Assembly (NCBI GenBank): GCA_041649575.1
Contig: JBAZMW010000005.1
Location: 60,001 to 92,000, forward strand
Source of the DNA: Patescibacteria group bacterium
GTDB lineage: Bacteria; Patescibacteriota; Patescibacteriia; 2-01-FULL-39-33
Reading direction: 5' to 3'
DNA length: 32,000 bases
Part shown: positions 16,274 to 25,940 of the stretch, piece by piece
Position numbering within the stretch: the stretch's first letter is position 1
Layout of the letters: each line of letters opens with the position of its first letter
The notes under the pieces: generated by a model
The model's database searches: none
What the model saw: only the letters and a program-made list of their open reading frames with translations
Told to the model about the DNA's origin: nothing
Program-made: the position numbers and the translations under genes

Positions 16274-17980
16274 ATGTCTTACACCATAGAAAAAATCAAA
16301 AAGCAAATTATCGAACAGGTCTCTGGCGCCGTAGGCCAGAAAATCGATAAAAGCCAGCTGGAAGTGACGGTGCCGCCGGACGCCTCTTTAGGCGATTTGG
16401 CCGTGCCCTGTTTTTATCTGACCAAACTGCTGCGGCGTTCGCCCAACCAGATTGCCGACGAGCTGCAGGCCAGAATCCGTCCGACAGGACTGATCAAGTC
16501 GGTGCAAAATGTCGGGCCTTATTTGAATTTTTTTGTCAGTAGCGGAGTTTTTGGCAAGGAGGTTTTAAAAGAAATAGCCAGATTAAAAGATAAATACGGC
16601 CGCGGCAAATTAGGCGAAGAAAAAGTAATGATTGAGTTTTCCCAGCCCAATACCCACAAAGAATTTCATATCGGCCACGTGCGTAATGCGGTTTTGGGTG
16701 ATAGTTTGGTGAAGCTTAATAAGTTCGCCGGACGCAAAGTGGTGGCGGTCAATTATATTGGCGATATCGGCGCTCATGTGGCCAAGTGTTTGTGGGCGCT
16801 TAAAAAATTTCACCAGCAGGAAGAACCGCCAAAGAATAAAGGCAAATTTTTAGGTCAGATTTATACCGAAGCGGTGAGAAAAATAGAAAGCAATCCCCAG
16901 TTCAAGCGAGAGGCCGATGAGGTTTTGCAAAAATTGGAGCGAGGCGACAAAAAGATGCTGGCTTTGTGGCAGAAAACCAGGAAGTGGAGTTTGGTGGAGT
17001 TTGAGGCGATTTACAAAACGCTGGGCATCAAGTTTGATCAAATTTTTTATGAGAGCGAGGTGGAGCAGCCGGGCAAAAAGATCGTTGAGAAGCTGCTAAA
17101 AGACGGCTTGGCCGAAAAATCGGAAGGTGCCGTAATTATCAATTTGGAAAAATACAATTTAAAAAATTTTTTACTGCTCAAATCCGACGGCTCATCGCTT
17201 TATTCCACCAAAGACCTGGCCTTGGCCGAGCTCAAATTCAAAAAATTCAAAATTGACAAAAGCGTGGTGGTAGTCGACAGCCGACAAACTTTTTATTTGC
17301 AGCAACTATTCAAAACCCTGGAAGTCATCGGCTTCAAAAAAAAGATGGAACATATCGCTTACGAGTTCGTCACCTTAAAGGATGGCGCCATGTCTTCGAG
17401 AGCGGGCAACGTGGTGTTGTTTGAAGATTTTTTTGAAGAAATGAAAGCTCTGGCCAAAAACGAAACCAAGAAAAGGCACGAGAATTGGCCGGCCAAAAAA
17501 ATCAGCCAAGTGGCCCGACAGCTGACTTTATCGGCTGTTAAATTCAATATGCTGAAAATCAGCAACAGCAGCATCATTGTTTTTGACAAAAATGAAGCTT
17601 TGAGTTTTGAGGGCTTTACCGGCCCTTACCTGCAATACACTTTAAGCCGCATTGCCAGTTTGCTAAAAAAGAGCCAGACCGTTGTCGCCGCCAACATTGA
17701 TTACAGTAAATTAAACAGTGACTTGGAAAAAGAAATTATTTTGAAGCTGGCGGAGCTGCCGGAGGTTATTAAGCGGGCGACAGCAACCAGCGAACCCAGC
17801 GAACTGGCCAAGTATTTATTTGATTTGTCCAGGCTGTTTTCTAATTTTTATCAGAGTTTGTCGATTTTGACCGCCGAAGAAAAAACCAAAAAAGCGCGAT
17901 TGACGCTAGTGGTGGCGGTCAGGCAGGTTTTGGTTAACGGTTTGAATCTGTTGGGCCTGGAAGCACTGGAGCAAATGTAG
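16274..17980 (+). CDS. argS: Arginyl-tRNA synthetase
   Basis: EFSQPNTHKEFHIGHVRNAVLGDSLVKL, NYIGDIGAHVAKCLWAL, SRAGNVVLFEDFFEE, C-terminal DALR-like domain. Confidence 0.95.
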   Translation: MSYTIEKIKKQIIEQVSGAVGQKIDKSQLEVTVPPDASLGDLAVPCFYLTKLLRRSPNQIADELQARIRPTGLIKSVQNVGPYLNFFVSSGVFGKEVLKEIARLKDKYGRGKLGEEKVMIEFSQPNTHKEFHIGHVRNAVLGDSLVKLNKFAGRKVVAVNYIGDIGAHVAKCLWALKKFHQQEEPPKNKGKFLGQIYTEAVRKIESNPQFKREADEVLQKLERGDKKMLALWQKTRKWSLVEFEAIYKTLGIKFDQIFYESEVEQPGKKIVEKLLKDGLAEKSEGAVIINLEKYNLKNFLLLKSDGSSLYSTKDLALAELKFKKFKIDKSVVVVDSRQTFYLQQLFKTLEVIGFKKKMEHIAYEFVTLKDGAMSSRAGNVVLFEDFFEEMKALAKNETKKRHENWPAKKISQVARQLTLSAVKFNMLKISNSSIIVFDKNEALSFEGFTGPYLQYTLSRIASLLKKSQTVVAANIDYSKLNSDLEKEIILKLAELPEVIKRATATSEPSELAKYLFDLSRLFSNFYQSLSILTAEEKTKKARLTLVVAVRQVLVNGLNLLGLEALEQM

Positions 17981-18078
17981 GAAAAATTTAAAACTAAAAG
18001 TTTAAAGCTCAAAAGGTAAAGTAGGTTAGAGGGAATGTTTTAAGTTTTTAGTTGTTTGTGCTATAATATAACTGCAAT

Positions 18079-18462
18079 ATGAATAGTAGCGACTATAAAA
18101 TCTTATTAGTCGAAGACGAGCCGGAACTGGTCCAGTTGTTCAGTAACGCTCTGAAAAACGAGGGTTTTAAGATGGAGTTGGCCACTGACGGCCATATTGC
18201 TTTGAAAAAAATCGCCGAATTCAAGCCAGATTTAATGCTTTTGGATTTGGTAATTCCCCAGCTGGATGGTTTTCAGGTTTTGGAAAAAATTAAAAAAGAA
18301 AAACAGGACAAGAAGATGCTGGTCTATGTTTGGAGCAATCTGACCCAGGAGAGCGAAATCGGCCGTGCCAAGAAATTAGGCGCTAGCGGCTATCTAATCA
18401 AGTCGGATTATACGCCCACCAAACTAGTTGCCAAAATAAAAGAAATTTTACGGATTCAATAA
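18079..18462 (+). CDS. Single-domain response regulator (REC)
   Basis: ILLVEDEPELVQL, DLMLLDLVIPQLDGFQVL, VWSNLTQ, GASGYLIKSDYTP. Confidence 0.92.
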   Translation: MNSSDYKILLVEDEPELVQLFSNALKNEGFKMELATDGHIALKKIAEFKPDLMLLDLVIPQLDGFQVLEKIKKEKQDKKMLVYVWSNLTQESEIGRAKKLGASGYLIKSDYTPTKLVAKIKEILRIQ

Positions 18463-18502
18463 AATATTAAATTGAAAATAGATAATTAATAAAGAAATTG
18501 TT

Positions 18503-18697
18503 ATGAAACCAGCAGTTAACGACAGTTGCATCGGTTGCGGCACTTGCGAAAGTATTTGCCCGGCAGTCTTTAAGGTGACCGAAAAGGATGGCCGAATGGT
18601 CGCCATAGTTTTGGAAGCCGACTTGGCGGCGGAAAAAGCCAAGATCGAGGAATCTATCAGTTCTTGTCCGGTGCAAGCCATTACTTTGGGAGAGTAA
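18503..18697 (+). CDS. Ferredoxin (single 4Fe-4S cluster type)
   Basis: CIGCGTCESICPAVF ... CPVQAIT, 64 aa. Confidence 0.88.
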   Translation: MKPAVNDSCIGCGTCESICPAVFKVTEKDGRMVAIVLEADLAAEKAKIEESISSCPVQAITLGE

Positions 18698-18752
18698 GGG
18701 AATTGTAAAAAAGGTGTCCGCGAGTCGGGCGTCTTTTTTGTTTAATTAAAAA

Positions 18753-18781
18753 TTGACTAAAACAGCAGAAATTGTTAAGAT
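18753..18781 (+). promoter_or_regulatory. Promoter of ileS
   Basis: TTGACT, 17-nt spacer, TAAGAT. The track start (TTG 18753) is this -35 element. Confidence 0.55.
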
Positions 18782-18806
18782 AAGAGCAATTTTTAAATTA
18801 AAAATT

Positions 18807-21800
18807 ATGAACAATATAATTGCTGACAAAGAAAAAGAAATTCAAAAATTTTGGCAAGATAATCAAATTTTTGAAAAGTCATTGGCGCAAACCAAAAACG
18901 GCCAGCGTTACAGTTTTTATGATGGCCCGCCGTTTGCCACCGGCACCCCGCATTACGGGCACCTAGTGGCCAGTCTTATGAAAGACGTGGTGCCGCGGTT
19001 TTGGACGATGCGCGGGCATTATGTGGAGCGGCGTTGGGGCTGGGATTGCCACGGACTGCCGATAGAAAACATGGTGGAGAAAGAGCTGGGTTTTAAGAAT
19101 AAAAAAGACATTGTCGAATATGGCATTGCCAACTTCAACGAGTACTGCCGCAGCAAAGTTTTGACGTATGTGGCGGAATGGAAAAAAACCATCAAACGAT
19201 TCGGCCGCTGGGCAGACATGGAAAACCCCTACAAGACCATGGACGTGGATTATATGGAAAGTATTTGGTGGGTTTTCAGACAGTTGTGGGACAAAGGCTT
19301 AATTTATGAGGGCTACCGCTCAATGCATATTTGTCCCAGGTGCGAAACGACTCTAAGTCAGTCGGAAGTGAGTGAGGGCTATCGCGACGTTGAAGATCTT
19401 TCCGTCACTTGGAAATTCAAAGTGCTCCCACCCCCCCATTCCCCCCCTCGGGCAGAGGGGGAAGATATTCCCACCTATTTATTGGCCTGGACAACAGTGC
19501 CTTGGAGCACCCTGAGCACCATGGGCCTGGCCATTGGCGCTGATTTTGATTATGTCAAAGCTAAAGTAAAAAACGAACACCTTATTTTTATCAAAGATAA
19601 ACTGGAAGAAGTAATGGCCGGTGTTAGCAATTATGAAATTATTGAAGAGTTTAAGGGCAGCAAGATGATTGGCTGGGAATATGAGCCGGTCAGCGATATT
19701 TTCAAAAATTTGCCGGAAGTGAAAAATAAAAAAAATGCCTATCATGTTTTTGCCGCCGATTATGTGGAAGCGACCGAGGGCACGGGCATCGTGACGATTA
19801 ACGGCTCATATGGCGAGGTGGATTTGCTCTCCGCCCAGCAAAATGATTTGCCGGTACTGATGGATGTGAAGCTGGATGGCAGGTTTGCCGATTTTGCCGG
19901 TGCTTATGCCGGCCTGGATGTCAAAGACGCCCAGGTCAAGTTTGTGGCTGATATGGAAAAGAAGGGTTTGGTTTGGAGCAGTGAGAAATACACCCATTCC
20001 TATCCCCATTGCTGGCGCTGTGATACCCCGCTTTTAAATTATTCGACTTCCTCCTGGTTTGTCAAAGTGACAAAAATCAAAAACCAGGCGCTGGCTTTGG
20101 CCAAACAGATCAATTGGTCGCCAGCGCATATCAAGGAAGGCCGTTTTGGCAAGTGGCTCGAAGGCGCACGCGACTGGTCGATTAGTCGTCAGCGGTTTTG
20201 GGCGAGCGTGATTCCGATTTGGAAATGCGTTTGTGGCGAGATGAAGGTCTTGGGTTCGGTCGACGAGTTATATAAAAGCTCTAGCGATAACCCCCCGCAG
20301 ATTACTAAGGTTATTTTTGTCAGGCACGGTGAAGCCGAAAACAATATTAGCCATATTAATTCCAACTCCTTGGATAAATATCCATTAACCAAAAAGGGCG
20401 CTGGACAAGTAAGTGAATCGGCGGCAAAAATAAAAGAAATTTTGGCAGAATCTTCGACAAAAGCCGTAATTTTCAGTTCTCCTGTCTTAAGAACTAAAGA
20501 AAGCGCGGAAATAATTTCTCATTATTTGGGATTGAAATATGAATTATCCGACGAAATTAAAGAGGTTGATTTTGGTATCGTGGAAGGAAAACAACTGGAT
20601 GAATTAATGGATGAATATAATCCTTTGCCGGCGGATAAAAAGTGGAATTTTAAAAATGGTCAAACCGGAGAATCTCAAAAAGATATACAAGAACGGATGT
20701 ATAAATGGTTCAAAAAAGTTTTAGAGGAAAATAAAAACAAAATAATAATCATAATTTCTCATGGCGACCCCCTTATGGCGTTGATAAATAAGATTAAAGG
20801 CAAGACAATAGAGGAACATGTTTTATCTTTAGAGAGCGATTCATATATTCAAAAAGGAGAAGTCAGAGTTGCTTATGTTATGAATGAAACTAAATTGGAA
20901 ATAGATTTACATAAGCACAGCATCGATAGGGTGGTTTTAAAATGCGAGAAGTGCGGAAACGAGATGAGTCGTATTCCCGATGTTTTGGACACCTGGTTTG
21001 ATAGCGGCTCTATGCCTTATGCGCAGCAGCACTATCCGTTTGCCAATAAGGAAAAATTTGAAGCCGGCTTTCCGGCGCAGTTCATTGCCGAAGGCGTGGA
21101 TCAGTGTCGCGCTTGGTTTTACTATCTGCACGTCAACGCCGCCGCCATTACAAACAAAATCGCCTACGAAAACGTCATTGCCAACGGTATTGTACTCGCC
21201 CAGGACGGTCGCAAAATGAGTAAAAAATTACAAAACTATCCGGAGCCAGAAGCGTTGATGGAAAAGTATGGCGCCGATGCCCTGCGTTTTTATTTATTAT
21301 CCGCGCCGGTGATGGCGGCCGAGAATTTGAATTTCTCCGAAGCCGGAGTAAAAGAAGCGATGCAGAAAGTGGTGATGCTTTTAAATAACATTTTGAATTT
21401 TTATAAGTTGTATGCTGATGTCATCCCGACTGAAGCTGTGGGTCGAGTGGAAGGATCCCTTAGAAAAGAAAGGGATTCCTCCGTTACTTCGCCAGCTGGC
21501 GACTCCGGTCGGAATGACAATGTGCTGGATCAGTGGCTCTTGGCCAAATTAAATTTATTAATTAAAGAGGTGGCTGGAGCGATGGAGGCGTATGACCTGC
21601 CGCGGGCGGTGCGTCCGATCGCCGGATTTATAGATGAATTTTCCACTTGGTGGCTAAGGCGTTCGCGTGACAGATTTAAGGGGGCAGACGAAAAAGATAA
21701 ACAGCAAGCCCTGGCTGTTTTTGGGCATACGCTTTTAGAATTATCAAAAGTGATGGCGCCGTTTACTCCGTTTATCGCCGAGCAGGTTTATAAGGAAGTG

Positions 21801-22403
21801 GGCCCGTCCAGCCAGGGTGGCCGGGCAAGCGGTGAGCAGGAATCAGTGCATTTAGAAAAATGGCCTGAAGAATCAGAAATATTAATTAAGGAAGAGGTTA
21901 TTAAACAAATGGAACAGGTGAGAAAAATCGTAGAATTAGGCTTGGCCAAACGGGCCGAAGCGGGAATTAAGATTCGGCAGCCGCTCGGAAACTTTCAATT
22001 TTCAATTTTCAATTTTCAAAATAACGCCGACCAGTATTTAAAAATTATCGCCGACGAACTTAATGTAAAAAAAGTTGTTTATAACAAAAATCTCGGCCAA
22101 GAAATAGAGTTAGACACGGAGATTACCAAGGAGCTGAAGCTGGAGGGCGTGGCGCGAGAATTGGTTCGCACTATTAATAATTTGCGCAGAGAGGCCGGGC
22201 TGACAATTCAAGATCAGATTAAAATTGACTGGCAATCGGAGGGCGAAACAATCAGGCAGGTTTTTGCGGTTGAAAGTTTAGTCGAGGAGTTGAAAAGGGC
22301 AACGATTACCAAGGAATTTTTAGACAAGGACAACCAGGGCCAAGTGGCGGAAATCAATGGTGAAAAAATTAAGCTGGAAATAAACAGGACCATACCTTCT
22401 TAA
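18807..22403 (+). CDS. ileS: Isoleucyl-tRNA synthetase carrying an inserted histidine phosphatase domain
   Basis: GPPFATGTPHYGHLVASLMKDV, WGWDCHGLPIE, KMSKKLQNYPEP. Insert at about 20276-20890 with VIFVRHGEAENN, SSPVLRTKESAE, VDFGIVEGK, IISHGDP. Likely start ATG 18807. Confidence 0.95.
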   Translation: MNNIIADKEKEIQKFWQDNQIFEKSLAQTKNGQRYSFYDGPPFATGTPHYGHLVASLMKDVVPRFWTMRGHYVERRWGWDCHGLPIENMVEKELGFKNKKDIVEYGIANFNEYCRSKVLTYVAEWKKTIKRFGRWADMENPYKTMDVDYMESIWWVFRQLWDKGLIYEGYRSMHICPRCETTLSQSEVSEGYRDVEDLSVTWKFKVLPPPHSPPRAEGEDIPTYLLAWTTVPWSTLSTMGLAIGADFDYVKAKVKNEHLIFIKDKLEEVMAGVSNYEIIEEFKGSKMIGWEYEPVSDIFKNLPEVKNKKNAYHVFAADYVEATEGTGIVTINGSYGEVDLLSAQQNDLPVLMDVKLDGRFADFAGAYAGLDVKDAQVKFVADMEKKGLVWSSEKYTHSYPHCWRCDTPLLNYSTSSWFVKVTKIKNQALALAKQINWSPAHIKEGRFGKWLEGARDWSISRQRFWASVIPIWKCVCGEMKVLGSVDELYKSSSDNPPQITKVIFVRHGEAENNISHINSNSLDKYPLTKKGAGQVSESAAKIKEILAESSTKAVIFSSPVLRTKESAEIISHYLGLKYELSDEIKEVDFGIVEGKQLDELMDEYNPLPADKKWNFKNGQTGESQKDIQERMYKWFKKVLEENKNKIIIIISHGDPLMALINKIKGKTIEEHVLSLESDSYIQKGEVRVAYVMNETKLEIDLHKHSIDRVVLKCEKCGNEMSRIPDVLDTWFDSGSMPYAQQHYPFANKEKFEAGFPAQFIAEGVDQCRAWFYYLHVNAAAITNKIAYENVIANGIVLAQDGRKMSKKLQNYPEPEALMEKYGADALRFYLLSAPVMAAENLNFSEAGVKEAMQKVVMLLNNILNFYKLYADVIPTEAVGRVEGSLRKERDSSVTSPAGDSGRNDNVLDQWLLAKLNLLIKEVAGAMEAYDLPRAVRPIAGFIDEFSTWWLRRSRDRFKGADEKDKQQALAVFGHTLLELSKVMAPFTPFIAEQVYKEVGPSSQGGRASGEQESVHLEKWPEESEILIKEEVIKQMEQVRKIVELGLAKRAEAGIKIRQPLGNFQFSIFNFQNNADQYLKIIADELNVKKVVYNKNLGQEIELDTEITKELKLEGVARELVRTINNLRREAGLTIQDQIKIDWQSEGETIRQVFAVESLVEELKRATITKEFLDKDNQGQVAEINGEKIKLEINRTIPS

Positions 22404-22434
22404 GCTTAAATAAAAAAGACGAGCCCGATCCTTG

Positions 22435-22465
22435 CGTCTCGGGCTCTAACCTGCCGGTAGCAGTC
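22435..22465 (-). terminator. Intrinsic terminator of the 42-aa minus-strand ORF
   Basis: Minus strand GAGCCCGA gacgcaagga TCGGGCTC gtc TTTTTTA; boundaries approximate. Confidence 0.75.
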
Positions 22466-22467
22466 CC

Positions 22468-22596
22468 TTATTCTTCGGGGCTGCTCCCATCGTCTTCTTC
22501 ATCGCCAGTCCGCTCGCCTCTGGCGCCCACTAGATGGGCTACCATTGGTGCTTGCAGGACTGCCTGAAGGTGTTCTGGCAGAATTTCTGTCGGCAT
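22468..22596 (-). CDS. Small acidic protein, 42 aa (not in the supplied ORF track)
   Basis: MPTEILPEHLQAVLQAPMVAHLVGARGERTGDEEDDGSSPEE*. SD AAGGAG upstream; promoter TTGACG-N17-TATAAT; own terminator. Confidence 0.7.
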   Translation of the reverse strand: MPTEILPEHLQAVLQAPMVAHLVGARGERTGDEEDDGSSPEE

Positions 22597-22632
22597 GCTT
22601 TTCTCCTTGTATCAGCCAATGTGCGTAGGGTT

Positions 22633-22662
22633 TATTATATGTTATAAAGCTTCTTTCGTCAA
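22633..22662 (-). promoter_or_regulatory. Promoter of the 42-aa ORF
   Basis: Minus strand TTGACG aaagaagctttataaca TATAAT (17-nt spacer); coordinates approximate. Confidence 0.75.
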
Positions 22663-22704
22663 GCTTTCTAGAATTTTTACTATTTTTATGTATAATAAAG
22701 GTAT

Positions 22705-23283
22705 ATGATCGCTTATCTCAAGGGCCAAATTTATCATAAGTCCAGTTTTTTAAAAAAGGACAATTTTGTTGTTGTCAGTGTCGGCGGGGTGGGCTATAAA
22801 GTTTTTATTTTAAACAGGGAGGCGGAACATTTCAGTGTTAATGAGGAAGTGGAATTTCATGTTTACACTCAAGTGGCCGAGGGAGTGTTGGATTTGTATG
22901 GCTTTGTTTCCCGCGAAGAACTGGAGTTTTTTGAAGTGTTGATTTCTATTTCCGGCATCGGGCCGCGAAGCGCCCTGGGAATTTTACAAAAAGCCAAACT
23001 TGATGATTTGAAAAAAGCGGCGCAATCGGGCAATGCCGAAGTGCTCAATAAAATTTCCGGCATCGGGCCCAAAACTGCGCAAAAAATAGTTATTGGACTG
23101 AAAGACAAGCTGGCCGACAGCGATGGTGGCGGCGAGTGGGACGCACGGTTCGGCGACGCTTTGGAAGCGCTCATAGGGCTGGGTTACTCTGCCAGTCAGG
23201 CACGAGAAGCGCTGAATTTGTGTCAGTCGCAAGAGATGACGGAAAAAGTCAAAGAGGCTTTAAAAATTCTAAGTCAAAAATAG
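22705..23283 (+). CDS. ruvA: Holliday junction branch migration protein RuvA
   Basis: MIAYLKGQIYHKS, VGGVGYKVF, HhH motifs ISGIGPRSALGIL and ISGIGPKTAQKIVIGLKDK. Confidence 0.93.
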   Translation: MIAYLKGQIYHKSSFLKKDNFVVVSVGGVGYKVFILNREAEHFSVNEEVEFHVYTQVAEGVLDLYGFVSREELEFFEVLISISGIGPRSALGILQKAKLDDLKKAAQSGNAEVLNKISGIGPKTAQKIVIGLKDKLADSDGGGEWDARFGDALEALIGLGYSASQAREALNLCQSQEMTEKVKEALKILSQK

Positions 23284-23294
23284 ATCAAAAAATA

Positions 23295-23325
23295 AAAACA
23301 GACCGCCAGTTGGCGGCCTGTTTTT
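23295..23325. terminator. Bidirectional terminator between convergent ruvA and typA
   Basis: AAAAACAGaCCGCCAgtTGGCGGcCTGTTTTT. Confidence 0.85.
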
Positions 23326-23335
23326 AGCTAAAAAG

Positions 23336-25123
23336 TTAAGAAGCTTTTCGGGCCTGTCTTAGTCTGTCTATTTCGGTCAGCAGTTGTTTGCGCAGGCGGA
23401 TGCTCTGGGGAGTGATTTCTAAATATTCATCCTCGGCCATGGTTTCCAGCCCTCTTTCCAGGGTCAGCTGCCAAGGCGGAGTCAGCTTGATAGTTTCATC
23501 CGAGCCGGAGGCACGCATATTGGTTAGGTTTTTACCCTTAATGGGATTGACGGTTAAATCGTTGCCTTTGGCCACGTTGCCAATAACTTGTCCCTCATAG
23601 AGATTCTCTCCCGGACCGATATAAAGCCAGCCGCGATTTTGCAGATTTTCCAAAGCATAGGCGGCGGCTTTGCCGCTGGACAGGGAAACCATCGAACCAA
23701 CATCACGCTTATCGATGTTGCCAGCATAGGGCTTAAAGCCGATGAAGCGCGAGCAAAGAATGCCCTCGCCCCTGGTGTCGATGGTAAATTCGCCACGATA
23801 ACCCAAAAGTCCGCGAGTCGGGATGTTAAAAATAATTTGATTCTGATTGTTGGTTTGTTTCATTTCCAAAATATTGGCGCGGCGTTTGGAGAGTTTTTCA
23901 ATTACTACCCCGGCATAATCGCCAGGGACGCTAATGGTCACTTCTTCGTAAGGCTCTAGTTTTTGCCCGTCGGTTTCTTTGATAATTACCTGTGGTTGGG
24001 AGATTTGCAGCTCAAAACCCTCGCGGCGCATGTTCTCTATCAGAATGGCGATATGCAATTCGCCGCGGCCGTAGACTTTGTAGAATTCCGAAGCGGAAAA
24101 ATCAACCTTTAGACCGACGTTAACCTCCAGTTCTTTAAGCAGACGTTCTTTAATTTGTTTGCTGGTGACCAGCTTACCTTCGCGGCCGCCGAACGGCGAG
24201 TTATTGACCAAAAAATTCAGACAGATGGTCGGCTCGTCAATGGAAATCGCCGGCAACGGCTCCTGGTCGGCGAAAGAACAGACGGTTTCCCCGATATAAA
24301 TATCGGGCAGCCCCGCAATAATTATAATATCGCCGGCAGTGGCGCTCTGCGCCTCTTCTCTTTTTAGGCCGTTGAAAGTAAAAAGTTTGGTGATTTTTCC
24401 GCTGCGGGTTTCGCCGTTGGCTTTTTTTATTATCACATTGTCGCCGGTTCCAACCAGGCCTTCATAAATACGGCCAATAGCCAGACGCCCCAAAAAATCA
24501 TCATAAGCCAGATTGAAAGGTTGGAGCCGCAGGGGCTTGGCGGTGTCGGAAAGGGCGGGAGCGACTTTGGCAATAATTGTCTCCAGTAGCGGCGTTAAAT
24601 CATTTGAGCGGTCGTCTAGGTTTAATTTGGCGACTCCTTCACGGGCCACCGTATAAACCACCGGAAAATCCAATTGTTCATCACTGGCTCCCAAATCCAA
24701 AAATAACTCATAGACTTCTTCTTGCACTATTTCCGGCCGGGCGGCGGTTTTGTCGATTTTATTGATCACCACTATCGGTTCGAGTCCCAATTCCAGTGAT
24801 TTTTTTAGAACAAAACGGGTTTGAGGCATGGGGCCTTCCTGGGCGTCAACCACCAAAATGACCGAGTCGATTGAGCGCAATACCCGCTCCACTTCCGAAC
24901 CAAAATCAGCGTGTCCGGGAGTATCGACGATGTTGATTTTGGTGTTTTTATAGAATAAAGAAGCGTTTTTTGAATAAATAGTTATGCCACGTTCTTTTTC
25001 CAAGGCATTGGTGTCCATGCTAAAATCAGCCGTCACCATGCCGGTTTGTTTAAGCAACTGATCGGTTAAAGCGGTTTTGCCATGATCGACGTGAGCGATG
25101 ATGGCGATATTTCTGATTTCCAT
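23336..25123 (-). CDS. typA: Ribosome-associated GTPase TypA/BipA
   Basis: [76 protein letters not shown]. Confidence 0.95.
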   Translation of the reverse strand: MEIRNIAIIAHVDHGKTALTDQLLKQTGMVTADFSMDTNALEKERGITIYSKNASLFYKNTKINIVDTPGHADFGSEVERVLRSIDSVILVVDAQEGPMPQTRFVLKKSLELGLEPIVVINKIDKTAARPEIVQEEVYELFLDLGASDEQLDFPVVYTVAREGVAKLNLDDRSNDLTPLLETIIAKVAPALSDTAKPLRLQPFNLAYDDFLGRLAIGRIYEGLVGTGDNVIIKKANGETRSGKITKLFTFNGLKREEAQSATAGDIIIIAGLPDIYIGETVCSFADQEPLPAISIDEPTICLNFLVNNSPFGGREGKLVTSKQIKERLLKELEVNVGLKVDFSASEFYKVYGRGELHIAILIENMRREGFELQISQPQVIIKETDGQKLEPYEEVTISVPGDYAGVVIEKLSKRRANILEMKQTNNQNQIIFNIPTRGLLGYRGEFTIDTRGEGILCSRFIGFKPYAGNIDKRDVGSMVSLSSGKAAAYALENLQNRGWLYIGPGENLYEGQVIGNVAKGNDLTVNPIKGKNLTNMRASGSDETIKLTPPWQLTLERGLETMAEDEYLEITPQSIRLRKQLLTEIDRLRQARKAS

Positions 25124-25239
25124 GAATTTTTAAAAATAAATCGTCTGAGTAGAAACTCTAACACATTTTTTGTTTTTAGTCAAAATAAAAAAGCCAACAT
25201 AGCTTTAAAAGATGGTTGATTATTAATTTTTTACGGAGA

Positions 25240-25878
25240 TTATTTTTTACTAGGCAGTTTGCGTCTTAGTAATTCGACCAATATAGGGACTAAGGAAATG
25301 ACTATAATTGCCATGATAGCCAGACTGAAGTTTTCTTTCACCCAACTAATATTGCCGAAGAAATAGCCGGTTAAAAAGAAGAGGAGTACCCAAATAATCC
25401 CCCCAAAAATATTATAAGCTAAAAATTTGGGATACTTCATCTTGCCCATGCCGGCGACAAAAGGAGCAAAAGTCCTGATAATAGGAATGAACCGGGCAAG
25501 GATAATTGTTTTGGCACCGTGCTTTTCATAAAAATTTTCAGCCCTTTTCAGATTACCCTGGTTAAAGAACCAGCTGTTTTCTCGGGTAAAAAGCTTCCTG
25601 CCGAATTTTTTCCCCAGCCAGTAATTGACGGAATCGCCCAAAACTGCCGCCAAGCAGAAAATAAGAAGAGTCAGATAAAAGTGAAGCAAACCGATAGCGG
25701 CAAAAGTTCCAGCCGCGAACAATAAAGAATCGCCGGGCAGAAAGGGCATAACAACCAATCCGGTCTCCACAAAAATAATCAGAAATAACAAAGAATAAAT
25801 CAAAGAGCCATAGGTGTTAATTATTAATCCCAGGTACTCGTCGATGTGTAAAATGATTTCTAGCAGTTGAATAAACAT
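25240..25878 (-). CDS. DedA-family (SNARE-associated/VTT) membrane protein
   Basis: FVETGLVVMPFLPGDSLLFAAG, VLGDSVNYWLGKKFG, FARFIPIIRTFAPFVAG. Confidence 0.9.
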   Translation of the reverse strand: MFIQLLEIILHIDEYLGLIINTYGSLIYSLLFLIIFVETGLVVMPFLPGDSLLFAAGTFAAIGLLHFYLTLLIFCLAAVLGDSVNYWLGKKFGRKLFTRENSWFFNQGNLKRAENFYEKHGAKTIILARFIPIIRTFAPFVAGMGKMKYPKFLAYNIFGGIIWVLLFFLTGYFFGNISWVKENFSLAIMAIIVISLVPILVELLRRKLPSKK

Positions 25879-25940
25879 AAAAATATTATAACCTCTGGCT
25901 GTTTTTCTGGCAATTGTCAGAAAAATAAGGAAGTGATAAG

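Noticed and set aside
21998-22025. ttttcaattttcaattttcaattttcaa tandem repeat in ileS
   Set aside because: A short AT-rich simple repeat encoding FQFSIFNFQ; likely slippage, with no evidence of regulatory or mobile function.
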